DNA from: Catajapyx aquilonaris
Lineage: Eukaryota
DNA length: 40,166 bases
Direction of reading: 5' to 3'
NCBI GenBank assembly: GCA_000934665.2
Contig: KZ539566.1
Location: forward strand, 1-40,166
A program made the translations under genes and the position numbers. Positions within the stretch are counted from its first letter, which is position 1; each line of letters opens with the position of its first letter. Shown here piece after piece: positions 24,142-36,567 of the stretch. Under the pieces are notes generated by a model that saw nothing but the letters and a program-made list of their open reading frames with translations, was not told where the DNA came from and searched no databases.

Positions 24142-24364
24142 TAAGCTTATTGACTATACTAATAAGTATTCTTTTTCGAGCTATGGTAGATCAAAGATCA
24201 TATTAACCAAGCCGGTATAATATGGGCTGTATGACTTTCTATTTTTAGATTAACACCACATGCTTCTGGATGAAACATAGGGATTGTTATTTTTTCTAAC
24301 AACAGAGGGCAAATGTCCGTAGACACTGGCTTGCCTTCTAAGACTGTGGGCTCTGAAAATAAGG

Positions 24365-24918
24365 ACTCTACGTGGAAAAGGTACTTATACATTTTTGTAG
24401 AACACATGTTTCTGTACAGCCTTTGTTTGGCACATTTCCTCCTGAGAAGCATAGTTCGCTCAGAAAAAGACTTTTCACTCGCTGAAGGGTAGCCAACCCG
24501 CAATTACGGGCCACCTGGGCGAAAACGACCGTGGCGCCATATCTGGATTGGAAGAGTATGGTCTCAGGGACATTCTTACCAAATTTCACCAATGCACGGC
24601 TGACTTTTTTTCAATCCCTTAATTTGGTTCAAGTCGCTGTAGCTCCGAAAGTACGGTCCATACGTGGAAAAGTTACTATATACTTTTTGTAGGATACATG
24701 TTTCCCCACAACATTTGGTTGACACATATCCGCCTAAGAAGCATAGTTCGCTCAGAAAAAGACTTGTCACTCGCTTCAGTGTAGCCAACCCGCCTCCTGG
24801 GCGAAAACGGGCGTGGCGCCATATCTGAATTTGAAGAGTATGCTCTCAGGGACATTTGTACCGAATTTCATGCTTTTTTCACCAAATGCACGGTTGAATC
24901 CCTTTACGTCCGGACTAA
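24365..24918. repeat. ~290-bp direct duplication in an unclassified repeat
   Basis: GAAGCATAGTTCGCTCAGAAAAAGACTT...GTGGCGCCATATCTG...CACCAAATGCACGG-like unit occurs twice. Confidence 0.8.
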
Positions 24919-25007
24919 TGTGTGTTAGATTGTCGTCCTCCTTAAACTTAAATTTAACTGTGTGTTAGATTGTGACATTTCTAAATGCAAAATCTACCGT
25001 GTTATAA

Positions 25008-25613
25008 GGGCTGGAAAATGGAGTGTTGCTTCAAAACGCAATATGCGCCAAGCAGCCAATGGGACAGGGCGATGCGCAACTGTTACAAATGGCCGCCGAT
25101 ATATTACCAACCCCATAGAGTAAGCTAACCAACCCACACAGTACTACAGTAGTACGTATGTTGTTCTCATCGACTCGCTCCAGCCCCGAAGGGTGTATAA
25201 GTAATAATTTTTTTTTAAATAGCTAAAAATGTTCTCATGATTAGCATTGTGTTTAGATAATAATTAGTGTCAAGGATATGGTATCATGGTTCCTGCTGAT
25301 AAAAGATACTTAGAATTTATCACAGTTTAATAATATGGCCAATGATAATGATCGATCAAAACGCAACATCTGACACATGTGCCCAATCAAAACGCAATAA
25401 GTCAAATTTTGATTAATTTTTTTCTTGTGACTAGACAATTCCTGATTTCATTAACATACACCATTAACCACCTCTGCATATGGGCATAATGTACTGCACA
25501 TTTTGTTTCTTGGTCACATTCCATTTGGGAGCATTCGGTTTTTGTTGAATATCTCGAAATTGCTTTGTTGGCGTTTGTTGCGTTTTGATTGGTCACTCCA
25601 CATATAAAGCCCC
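25008..25613. mobile_element. PIF/Harbinger-like MITE, TAA TSD
   Basis: TAA|GGGGCT...TGGAGTG..TCAAAACGCAA ... TTGCGTTTTGA..CACTCCA..AGCCCC|TAA. Confidence 0.7.
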
Positions 25614-26868
25614 TAAACGAGGAGGAGGAGGAGGAGGAGGAGGAGGATTTAGGAGGGTGGAAAAGATTTACCACTTCCCGAGGTCGTAGAGCGATGGTCG
25701 AAGTTCCGTTGGATTTGTTGCCTCTGCTTTACCAATGCAAAAAATCCTCATAATCGCAAAATTCCCAGCCATTTTGGAGATAGCCAAAAGTCGACTTTTG
25801 TACTTGAGACCTTGCCCATCTGCTCGTCATTAAGCCGCCGGAGAACAATGGCACACCGTCTCCGGAGCCCCCGCCACCCGCCGCTGACAATCTGGATCCA
25901 CTCTCATCCCACCTCAGTGCCTTTTTCACCATACATCAGCTAGGGCACATTCTCATACTCCACACCTTTAGCAATGACGTCACAGGTTCTGTAAACGGCT
26001 CCGACCAATTTTTGCATGAAAAGACTTGCTGTGTTCGCATCAAAGAGTGGGGGAAGTGTGGGTGCACTAGCAGCGGGCCTCGGAGAGTTACGGAGACCGA
26101 GGAGGACCTGCGTGGGACCGGACCAATTCGCACCGAAGGGGCGCAAGTGGGGCGCAGCCCCACGGGGGGCGTGGGGGGGCGAAGCCTCGCAAAGCGAGTA
26201 CACTGTATTATAGGCCTACTCCCGATAATCCGGGTGTGGATTATCTGTGTTGCAGATTATCCATGAATGGCCACAAAATAAAATTTAAAATTAGAGCCCC
26301 CAAAAAATTTGCCGAATTTTATTCCTATACTGCTAGATATTGCTAACTTAGCAGTACCAGTGCCAATACTGGTACTGCTAAGTTAACAGTAACTAGCAGT
26401 GGGACGAAAATTCCACCCACTGTCAATATGTCTCGCCAAAGAAAAAATATAACGGACTTTTTACAGCAGTCCAACTAAACATCTAATATACCGTAGTGTA
26501 GGTCCGTAGCTTTTTTAAAAATCAAACCCTATAGGGCAGCACACAGTAGTATGTATAGTAGTTCATTAGAAACCTCTGCATAACTCATTTTTACATTGTC
26601 TAGGACCGTTTTCGGATTATCCGTGTTTTCCATACATCTGGGAACTGTAGTGCATTCATTATCAGGTTTATCCGGAGTGCAGTGTACTAGTATAAATTTT
26701 CATACAATTTATTGCAAATGTACTAGCATGTGTGAAGAAAGAGGAATATTACTCTAAAATACAACCTATTTTATCCCTATCTCCCAATGGGGTTCAGTTG
26801 TCCAACTGGGCCAGTCAAGTCCGATTATGACCACAAACAGAGCCACAAACGCACATTCTCCCTATATA

Positions 26869-27244
26869 CAGGGTGGTCCAACTTTTTTGTCCTAACAGCT
26901 ATCACGCAGCTATTGACAAATTCGGCCTAAGCTGCTTATGTTGTAGTGCGTTACCTGGCAACCCTGTCCGGCGGGCCAATTCAAACCTCAGCCCATGGAT
27001 AGCGCTTCCATTGTTGCCACTGTTTACAAATCGAATGAGTGAGTGCGCAGGCAGAAGAGATCCGTCGCTGGGTCATCCGCGTCACTCACTCAATTAGTAA
27101 ACAGTGGCAACAATGGAAGCAGTCTCCATGGGCTGATGTTTGAATTGGCCTGCCGGACAGGGTTGCCAGGTAACGCACTACAACATAAGCAGCTTAGGCC
27201 GAATTTGTCAATAGCTGTTCGGACAATAAAGTTGGACCACCCTG
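26869..27244. mobile_element. Tc1/mariner-type palindromic MITE
   Basis: TA|CAGGGTGGTCCAACTTT ... AAAGTTGGACCACCCTG|TA; arms ~175 bp. Confidence 0.9.
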
Positions 27245-28008
27245 TATATAAAGCTCAATATTTGTACGTATTATTAATATATGTATGTAGGCTATGTCAC
27301 ACCTAATTAAGTCACTTCCCGGGTAAGAAAAGAGCGCTCAAATTTCGCGCAGCCATGTCTTACATATCGGTGACCCCAGAAAAAGTCCCAAACCCGAACT
27401 TTTTTGAGTCTAAGGGCGGTTTTCAGCAGCTTTTCCAATTGCCTAGCAACCTTCGCTGTCAACAAGCCCAAATGATGGATCTTCCTTCCTAACTCAAGTT
27501 CAAAAATAATCAACATTGCATATTCAACAATGAAAACAATATAACAACGGGCAGGTTGGCAAGAATAATAATTGCAGTACACGTAGCAAGGGGATAATTA
27601 CTTCGGTACTCCGGTGTACACCTGGGAGTGATACTCCCTGGTACTCCTCAGGCACCTCACTCTTTATTACTCCGTGGTACTCCTCGAATAACAACTTCGT
27701 GCCAAAATTAATCATTTTAATCAAGAGCTAATGTTTTAATTTGTGGTGGTCATTTTTAATGTAAAATGCCGGAAAAAAATTCATATGCAGGGTGTTCCAG
27801 AAATAATTTTTTCAGAATCGTTTGGCTCGCATAACGTCTATAGGCCTAACAAGTTTACATGGTCACTGTTATTATGGTTGCATAATATTACCACAACACT
27901 GTACTATGAGAAACTCCCAAGGGTCCAGACTTTACGGACACCCTGTACTCAGGGCTTTTTTTACATGAAAGATGACGCAGAAGCCCTGTGACCTTGGCAT
28001 GTTCGACT

Positions 28009-30734
28009 CAGGAAAACTATCCAAGTGTCACTCGCCGATTTTCATGAAATTCGGTGCATTGGTAGCCCACCCCAAGGGATGAAAAACGCACCTAAAGTTA
28101 CCTGATCAAAATGATCCTGCGACTCATTTTTGAGGGGGCCAAAGGTCAGCTCCTAAAATTCCGGCATCACCGATTTTCATGAAATTCGGTGCATTGGTTG
28201 GATTTATAAAGAATGAAATTTTCTCAGGACATATTTATGTCAATAAAGCAGTGTTTGACACAAACAAAATGATGTCAAATACTGGACAAAACGTACTTGT
28301 GAAACAAAAAACAAGAGAGTCATTCCATGTCAAATCATCAAATAAATAATAAGTTTTGGATTTTGATGTCATGGATTTGGCTAATTTTTGGGAGACCTGT
28401 TCCTTCCCATCTGACATGGACAAAAATATTTTTTACATTTTTTTTCCTGTCATCGGTTTTTGAGTTTTGGAATGTTCAATAATTGCAAAACCTCCCAAAA
28501 ACCGCTCACCGACAAACCTTTAAATGTGATTTCCCAGACAACCGTTCCAGATACAAGCTGGCAATGATCTCATTTTAAAGCCAATGAATAGGGCTTTCAT
28601 ATGATATAGGTATATGTAACATGTATTGTTATTCAGGACACATACGTTTTTCGGGACTTTTCAAAATTTCTTTTTACATTTTCCATAAATAGGTATGATT
28701 TAAAATGTTCCTAAAATTCACACATATTGGTACACATCTACTGAAGGTCTAGTGAAAATTTCAGTGTGGGATCTCTATGCTGTCATACGAAAATGGAATT
28801 TCATTACATGTGAGGAAAACAATGATAATTGGGTCATTCCATCTCAATTCTGTTTCTGAAAAGTTGTGGCTTGACCCCTTCCGATGTAACTGAAAAAATC
28901 AAGTATGTAGGTATCCACACCTAATTGCGAAATCCTCAATTTGAGGCCGCTGGAGTCAAATCTCACGGAGATATAAAAATGGAAAGTTCAACAATGACGT
29001 CCATGTAAATTTTTAACTGTTCAGACTGTTCTCCCAACACCAACACGTTACATATCAAATGGAAGGTAATCTAAAAAGGAATAATATGGTTGGAAAATAT
29101 TCGACCTAACTCGAAAAACGACGTCGAAAAAAATTCGCACATTTATGTTCAAATCACTCTATATTCCCGATAGCCATAACTCATAACATTATGATTTTAA
29201 CAAAGTGATATTTAGGATACGGGGCAATCACCTTTGCCTAAATGCACATGCATAACCTCATTGTGATAGGTCAAGCAGGGTTAGAAATAAAACAAATCCG
29301 AAAATATGAATTACCTCATTTTGCCTATTTTCGAGCTCAAATTTCTCGAGGTACGACTGGACCGATTTTGACATTTGGTATGTCAATCTGTTTCTTGGAT
29401 CATCCCCTATTCAGAAATGCATAAACCATTCTTTACCCATGAGGGATAATTGATCAGTGAACTTCCAAACGTATGGGTGCATGATTCCGTGCACCTCCAT
29501 ATGCACCCATACGTTTGAAAATTCGCTGATCAGTTATCCCTCACGGGTAAAGAATGGTTTATGCATTTCTGAATAGGGGATGCTCCAAGAAATAGATTGA
29601 CATGGACGTCATTGTTGAACTTTCCATTTTTTATATCTCCGTGAGATTTGACTCCAGCGGCCTCAAATTGAGGATTTCGCAATTAGGTGTGGATATCTCC
29701 ATACTTGATTTTTTCAGTTACATCGGAAGGGGTCAAGCCACAACTTTTCAGAAACAGAATTGAGATGGAATGACCCAATTATCATTGTTTTCCTCACATG
29801 TAATGAAATTCCATTTTCGTATGACAGCATAGAGATCCCACACTGAAATTTTCACTAGACCTTCAGTAGATGTGTACCAATATGTGTGAATTTTAGGAAC
29901 ATTTTAAATCATACCTATTTATGGAAAATGTAAAAAGAAATTTTGAAAAGTCCCGAAAAACGTATGTGTCCTGAATAACAATACATGTTACATATACCTA
30001 TATCATATGAAAGCCCTATTCATTGGCTTTAAAATGAGATCATTGCCAGCTTGTATCTGGAACGGTTGTCCGGGAAATCATATTTAAAGGTTTGTCGGTG
30101 AGCGGTTTTTGGGAGGTTATGCAATTATTGAACATTCCAAAACTCAAAAACCGATGACAGGAAAAAAAATGTAAAATATATTTTTGTCCATGTCAGATGG
30201 GAAGGAACAGGTCTCCCAAAAATTAGCCAAATCCATGACATCAAAATCCAAAACTTATTATTTATTTGATGATTTGACATGGAATGACTCTCTTGTTTTT
30301 TGTTTCACAAGTACGTTTTGTCCAGTATTTGACATCATTTTGTTTGTGTCAAACACTGCTTTATTGACATAAATATGTCCTGAGAAAATTTCATTCTTTA
30401 TAAATCCAACCAATGCACCGAATTTCATGAAAATCGGTGATGCCGGAATTTTAGGAGCCGACCTTTGGCCCCCTCAAAAATGAGTCGCAGGATCATTTTG
30501 ATCAGGTAACTTTAGGTGCCTTTTATCATCCCTTGGGGTGGGCTACCAATGCACCGAATTTCATGAAAATCGGTGATGATCGAATTTTACGAGTTGAAAT
30601 TTGGCAACCTCAAAAAAGGGTCACAGGATCATTTTGATCAGGTAACTTTAGGTGCATTTTTCATCCCTTGGGGTGGGCTACCAATGCACCAAATTTCATG
30701 AAAATCGGCGAGTGACACTTGGATAGTGTCCCTC
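28009..30734. mobile_element. 2.7-kb fold-back structure: ~1-kb near-identical inverted arms plus inner hairpin
   Basis: 28016-29006 is the reverse complement of 29598-30727 (identical 62-aa mirror ORFs at 28235 and 30184); inner hairpin at 29380-29601. Confidence 0.9.
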
Positions 30735-31386
30735 AGCTTGACTCCCGCCCAGTGCATTGTGGGAGTCTCATGGTAGTTTAGTCACCATCCCAGAGATGGC
30801 AAGTGTTTGTTGAACCGAATTTGGAACCGCAAAGTTCAAATTCTCTGTTCACATTTTAGCGCTCCAAATTCAAATACCCGCTGACCATCATATGATGGAC
30901 ATCGCCCTCAACAGGTTAAAATGATCGTAATCTTAATTTGAAATTTGTGACATATGGGATTTTTCTGGAATTATCACAAAAAATACCTTATTTTCATGGA
31001 AATATATACATATATTACCTCTTATGCATAGATTAATCGATCACATCAATTTCCTGATCATTTGAGAGGGAAAAAGTCCTCTTATCTGATACACGTGGGT
31101 TATTGCAGTGCACCGTCATGTGGATTGTAGAGGAACCGGACAACTGATAAAACTTTTCAGGTTTAGCGAGATGCAGTTCCTTTTCCTGCATGAGCTTGGA
31201 ATTTTCAGTTTCATCGAGACACACTGCAATCATGTACACAAAATAATCGCATGTGTTGCTTCGAGGCATGCCAAACTTTAAATTGTACTTCTGCATGAAA
31301 ATATTCCTGTAAACTTTTGGCTTATTTTCGTCATATAACATTTTGTGCATGAGGCTCAAGAAAGCTTTTCAGGATGGTAATATGTA

Positions 31387-32107
31387 CACCCTCGAGCATA
31401 AAGATGGAGACGGCAGGCCCTCACTTTTGGCAGGCTGCTCTGCCAATTGCAGTTATTACGGTATCAAATATACTGTCATAAATACACGAACACACGCCTG
31501 ATGCAGCTAACTCGGTCCAAAAAGAGTTCATTAAGGGGCCGCATTAGTAAAAAAATACGGTAACAATCGGTAACAATGCGAGCCCTTGGCGACTACGTAA
31601 ACAAACTCGCGTTTGCATGGACAGCATATGGGGATTCGACATGTCCACGCATCGGCGGCCTTACGGCCACAAAAATGGTGCAATGGACACAGAAATTACA
31701 CCAAAAAATAGGACATGATCTGGTGGAGGGCACCTTCGGCGTCATTTTCCCATTTTCGGCCTAGAAGTGACCTTTTCATCGAGTTGAAGTGAAAGGAAAA
31801 TGGAGTTCCCGAAAAGCCCATTTGAATAACATGGCGGCAGGAACGCGACAAATTCGGGAACGCATTGGCGCCCGTATGTCCACAATTTTAATGCAATCAT
31901 ATCGAGTATGGTACCATAGTAAAGGCCAAACCTTTCCGCAGGGCACCTTCGGCGTGATTTTTCCGATTAACCGTCCGTTTGCCACAAAAAATATAATTCC
32001 CTCAAAAATGCGCCTACCGTAATTTTACTCATGCGCCCCCTTAATTTGAGTCGGATAAAGAAAGGTCAAAAAAGGGCCTTCCGTCTCCATCTTTATGCTC
32101 GCGGGGG
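31387..32107. mobile_element. MITE family C, second copy (opposite orientation), with nested insertion
   Basis: Same TIRs and body as 23033-23245; TA TSD. Confidence 0.88.
31535..32040. mobile_element. TTAA-flanked GG-terminated MITE (Kolobok-like)
   Basis: TTAA|GGGGCCGCATTAGTAAAA ... TTTTACTCATGCGCCCCC|TTAA; empty TTAA site in the other copy at ~23097. Confidence 0.8.
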
Positions 32108-33179
32108 TACATATGTGAATTTTTCCTGCACAAGTAGCGAGTCTCTAGCAAGGGCTTCGGCCTAGCTGCGAAGTCAATTTTTGAACTAGGAAGTGGATGG
32201 CTCACTCGGCCCTTCCTTACATGCGGCCAAGATGTGGGCAATGTATTCCTCGTTGTCTCTCTCTGGATTATACCTTGATCTGATTATTTAAAAATTCGAC
32301 TCTGACTTGAAATTTGACGCTTATGGTTACGGTGCATTTGCTACCAAAATGGACCGGATATTCAGAATCGGGGAGTCATGCTTGATTTTTGAAGCCCAAC
32401 ATGCAAAATCACTGTACCCTTCCTTTATGATGGCATCAACTACACAACATGGGCAGGGGTTGTCCTGGGGTAGTGCTTAGATCATTTTGGGGACATACCA
32501 TGTTCTACCAGATACTCCTGAAGCCTTCTAATCCTATCGTTCCGTGAAAATCGCACATGTCACTGCTGACATGTGGGATTTTTCTGGTAAATCACACTTG
32601 ACATATGGGGTTTTGTAGGAAAATGTTGGAAGGTGCTGATTTTTTCCTTCAATATCTCCAACAACAGATTTTTTTCAGAAATTGGAGAGAAGCATTGCAT
32701 GGAGGGCTTCTAAAAGTATGTAATACTACCCTTAACTCACTTTGTCAAATTTGATGGCATATATGGGATTTTTCTAAGAAACCCTTCTATCTTCCCACTC
32801 CCTAATACATTCCAATGTTCCCAAATCTCTTCCTAACACACTGCGCAGGCACAGACATGCCCCTCCCACCTAACGTGGTCTTTAGCAGCTGCTTACAAAA
32901 AGTGGATAACTGTACCATGAAAATTCCATTTTTAGCAGTAAGCCTTGCAAGTGGTTAGCAGCTGCTAAGCAGCAGTAGCCTACTGATAAGTCACTGCTAA
33001 TGAAAAGGACAAAAATTCCACCCATTGTATCTATAATATTAGAATCGTAGTGGACGTGTATGAGGATGCCTTCTGATTGGTCCGCCGCATATTGTTACCG
33101 CCACCTCCCCATTGGCCCAGCGTTCTAATCATGCACATTGGGGTGTAAACAACTCCTCTGTTGAGTTAAGCCCAGGAAC

Positions 33180-33550
33180 CAGCCCACGGACACTTATACT
33201 ACGTTCTGGCGTTATCAGCTGCCGAGGCATTTTGCACCGGGCGCTCACCTGAGACCGCCAGGAGCGAGGCCAGGAGTCATTTCGGGGGCCACGACATAGT
33301 GGCGACCCTACCGGACTACGGCTGAACTTTATAGGTACGAATGGGGCCCAACATGGCCGCCGGCGGCCATGTTGGGCCCCCCAATGTAGCCCTCTCCTTT
33401 CGTACCTATAAAGTTCAGCCTTAGTCCGGTAGGGTCGCCACTATGTCGTGGCCCCGGAAATGACTCCTGGCGGTCTCACGTGAGCGCCCGCTGCAAAACG
33501 CCCCGGCAGGGGGTGGGTGGGAGTGACCAGACCTTACTTATATGACCGTG
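33180..33550. mobile_element. GC-rich hairpin element with 8-bp TSD CCAGGAAC
   Basis: CCAGGAAC at 33172-33179 and 33551-33558; internal palindrome at 33219-33508 with a perfect core GGGGCCCAACATGGCCGCCGGCGGCCATGTTGGGCCCC. Confidence 0.75.
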
Positions 33551-33728
33551 CCAGGAACATACACCCAAAGGATAGAACTAAAAAGTTAAAATCATGGTGG
33601 TGAAATCAGCATACTTCTGCCACAAATGACCGAAAAGTTAATTCACAAATGGTGGGCATGGACGGTGTTATGCAATAATTTCTCAACCCACAAAGATGTC
33701 AAAACTGAGCTAAGGCCATGAATATATA

Positions 33729-34663
33729 CTTGCTCTGATCTGAAAATATTGGGACACCCCCAAAAAATGGAGTGGTGGGGTTATACACAGGATGTGATAA
33801 AAAGTTTCCATTAAGATTATCTGGACTTTAGAATGGATAATTATGAATAGTAACAATTGAGCTAGGAGGATACCAAATTTGAAGTTAATTTGACAGTTAA
33901 CAACTGAAATAAATACGATTATACCTTGGACAGTGAATTTCTGTGGGGTCTGGTAAAAATTGCTGCCACTCTGTTTATTTCTTACTTAGCGGGATGTAAA
34001 TGTTGATAATGAACCTGAGGGGCCGCACAAACCCAAAAACAGTTATGACATTAATTACAAAAAATCTAGCACAAAATTAAAAAATATTTATCATGGCTTG
34101 CAGATATGCCATTTTCTGTGCATTTTTGAATTAAGGAATATTTAAAGCCATTTTACTTTAATTGCAATGAAATTTTTTTATCATAGCACATTGGACTGTG
34201 TTCTAGATAAACAATACTATCACATTTTAATTTATTAATAAATAACACCGTTAAATGTGGTACAGCCAAGTGTATCAATTTCTGAAAAAATCCACTTGCG
34301 ATAAATATTTTTTAATTTTGTGCTCGATTTTTTGTAATTAATGTCATAACTGTTTTTGGGTTTGTGCGGCCCCTCAGGTTCATTATCAACATTTACATCC
34401 CGCTAAGTAAGAAATAAACAGAGTGGTAGCAATTTTTACCAGACCCCACAGAAATTCACTGTCCAAGGTATAATCGTATTTATTTCAGTTGTTAACTGTC
34501 AAATGAACTTCAAATTTGGTATCCTCCTAGCTCAATTGTTAGTATTCATAATTATCCATTCTAAAGTCCAGATAATCTTAATGGAAACTTTTTATCACAT
34601 CCTGTGTATAACCCCACCACTCCATTTTTTGGGGGTGTCCCGATATTTTCAGATCAGGGCAAG
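33729..34663. mobile_element. Fold-back MITE with ~365-bp near-identical arms, TA TSD (Tc1/mariner type)
   Basis: 33729-34093 is the reverse complement of 34300-34663 with few mismatches. Confidence 0.9.
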
Positions 34664-35046
34664 TACCTAAAGGATCCTACTTCATTCAGTTAAAATCACT
34701 TTGGTGAAATCTACATACATCTGCCATAAATGACCGAAAAGAACACTGAATTAATTTCACAGGTATGACCTTCAATCCCCTTTTTCTCACAACTGTTCAT
34801 GTGTGGGTTGATTCCTTATTGCATAACACCGCACATTTGACCTTCAAATAGATGTTAACTTTTCCTCAAAGTGTGTTATATGTAATACACATGTGGGAGC
34901 CAAGGTGTTAAAGTTATGAGCAAAATACTGTGTATGCCTTCTTTCTGTGGGTCAAGCCAGTCATGCCTCAAGGAAAAACAGATCATTTGAATGAGTGTGC
35001 ATTGGTGCACCATGACCCTCATTGCAAATTTTATTTGTAATTATAG

Positions 35047-35199
35047 TTTGCAGAGTGCATCCCACATCTGGAGGCATCTTTAGCTATCAACGAACTGCAG
35101 GTCCCGGTATGGTACAAGTTGGGCTATGCAGCATTGCAAGTGAAGGACTGGGATATAGGTGTTCGAGCATTCTCCTACTGCTGTGCACTTGACAGAAAT
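35047..35199 (+). CDS. TTC27: TTC27 exon, TPR (FAECIPHLEASLAINELQVPVWYKLGYAALQVKDWDIGVRAFSYCCALDRN)
   Basis: ttatag acceptor, gtgagt donor, 51 codons, TPR consensus. Confidence 0.92.
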
Positions 35200-36136
35200 G
35201 TGAGTTTCTTGTTGTCTACTAATGTTTGTGGAGAATTGGAACATGGGGGACCCAACGTGAGTGTTGGCAGAGTCTGTTTATGCATTTTGAAAGTGGATTC
35301 TTTATCTTAAATTTTATTACTACCTCTCTGGAGGATGCGCACAGGTTATGCTTGAGCATCACTTTTTGTAGCTGTTAAGCTTAAGGCAGTCTTAAAGGTA
35401 CACTGCACTTAATTTTAAGTTGAGTATTAAAAAGTGGGGGAAAATCTCGACTCATGTGGCATGATCCGTTTTTCAGAGAACAAAGGTAAACCCAGGAGCA
35501 GTGGCCAAAATGGGGGAAAATGCATCAGATGCTAGCGATAGAGGTGTCACCAGTTGAGAAGTGGTGGAAAAGATATCATAATGGATTCAGTACACTTCAT
35601 CTCTGCCGTCAGCTGCGAGAGAACCGTAACTCAATGTCCACTTCCCCTTGCGGCGAGAAAAGAAACCAGTGTTACCGAAGCACCCAACAGGCGGAGTTGG
35701 GGTTGGGGGTTTAGGGTTAGGGGAACGAGTAGCGAAGTCTGGCGGTGATAGGAGGATCCACTTCCCCCTCCCCTTCCGCCACACTTCGTTCTTTTCCTCC
35801 TCCACACCAGCACCTGCACGTCCCTTGTCGCACACCGTGGTAGGCGCGGCAACGTTGTGGGATCACAATATTGCAATGTCTCTTGTTGTTGAAAGGTGGA
35901 TTACAACTACAATAACATACTCGGGTTCGTATTTAACGGCCCTCTTCCGCTTTTGGGGCTGGGAAGAAGAATGAAGTTCGATAAGGAAGCTCACGCAGTC
36001 TCCTCCAACTCCCCATCCCCACTGCCCTCTTTTTCCAGTCAGTGACCACGTGCACTTTATTTTTTGCTCTCACTCTACATGGGTTTGATTCGTTTGAATG
36101 TGACTGGCTAGCCTGATCCGTTAATTACTTTTAAAA

Positions 36137-36139
<3 letters not shown>

Positions 36140-36204
<65 letters not shown>
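36140..36204. repeat. (TTA)n microsatellite
   Basis: Perfect run. Confidence 0.95.
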
Positions 36205-36564
36205 GATCTTTTTATTATATTAATTTTTTTGCCTCGCGTCCAGTGATGACGATCTGTTACTTTAATAATGATTGGCATGTATTAATAATGCAGGCCTGTG
36301 TGAATTAATAAAGCCGAGGCTGCATATAGCGTGTAGAAATATGGCTAAACTAGGAACATGGTGACCTTGATAGACTGCTTATTAAAAATTGTCAGGTACC
36401 AAAACTCATACAGACTCAGTTGGCCTAATCAAATGTTTTAAATACTGCTATGCAGAAAGTAATTTATTGCCATTATTTTACTTGTACTCTGTGCACCGCA
36501 TTTCCCATTAGGCACAGTAATAATAATAATTATTAATTATAATTAATTATAATTAAATTAATTA

Positions 36565-36567
<3 letters not shown>

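Larger units (their letters stand above)
31033..32250 (-). mobile_element. Sola-like transposase remnant interrupted by MITE family C
   Basis: MHKML..YRNIF..KYNLKFGMPRSNTCD..KELHL resembles the Sola Y..IF..FNL.F..P..DTC..C motif; repeated GACATATGGGATTTTTCT subterminal motifs at ~30950 and 32570-32780. Confidence 0.55.
9991..35199 (+). pseudogene. TTC27: TTC27 homologue, partial multi-exon gene span; frameshifted as assembled (pseudogene or assembly error)
   Basis: Eight phase-compatible GT-AG exons colinear with TTC27/EMW1 motifs as I recall them; frameshift at ~14225. Confidence 0.6.

Noticed and set aside
25618..26220. Possible LINE 3' fragment with a (TCC)n tail on the minus strand
   Set aside because: No recognisable RT or endonuclease motif and no TSD, so I cannot support it
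28235..30372. Two identical 62-aa ORFs as a duplicated small gene
   Set aside because: They are mirror images produced by the inverted repeat and have no recognisable domain
35700..35722. Telomeric TTAGGG repeat
   Set aside because: Only two units within a G-rich stretch, which is too short to interpret
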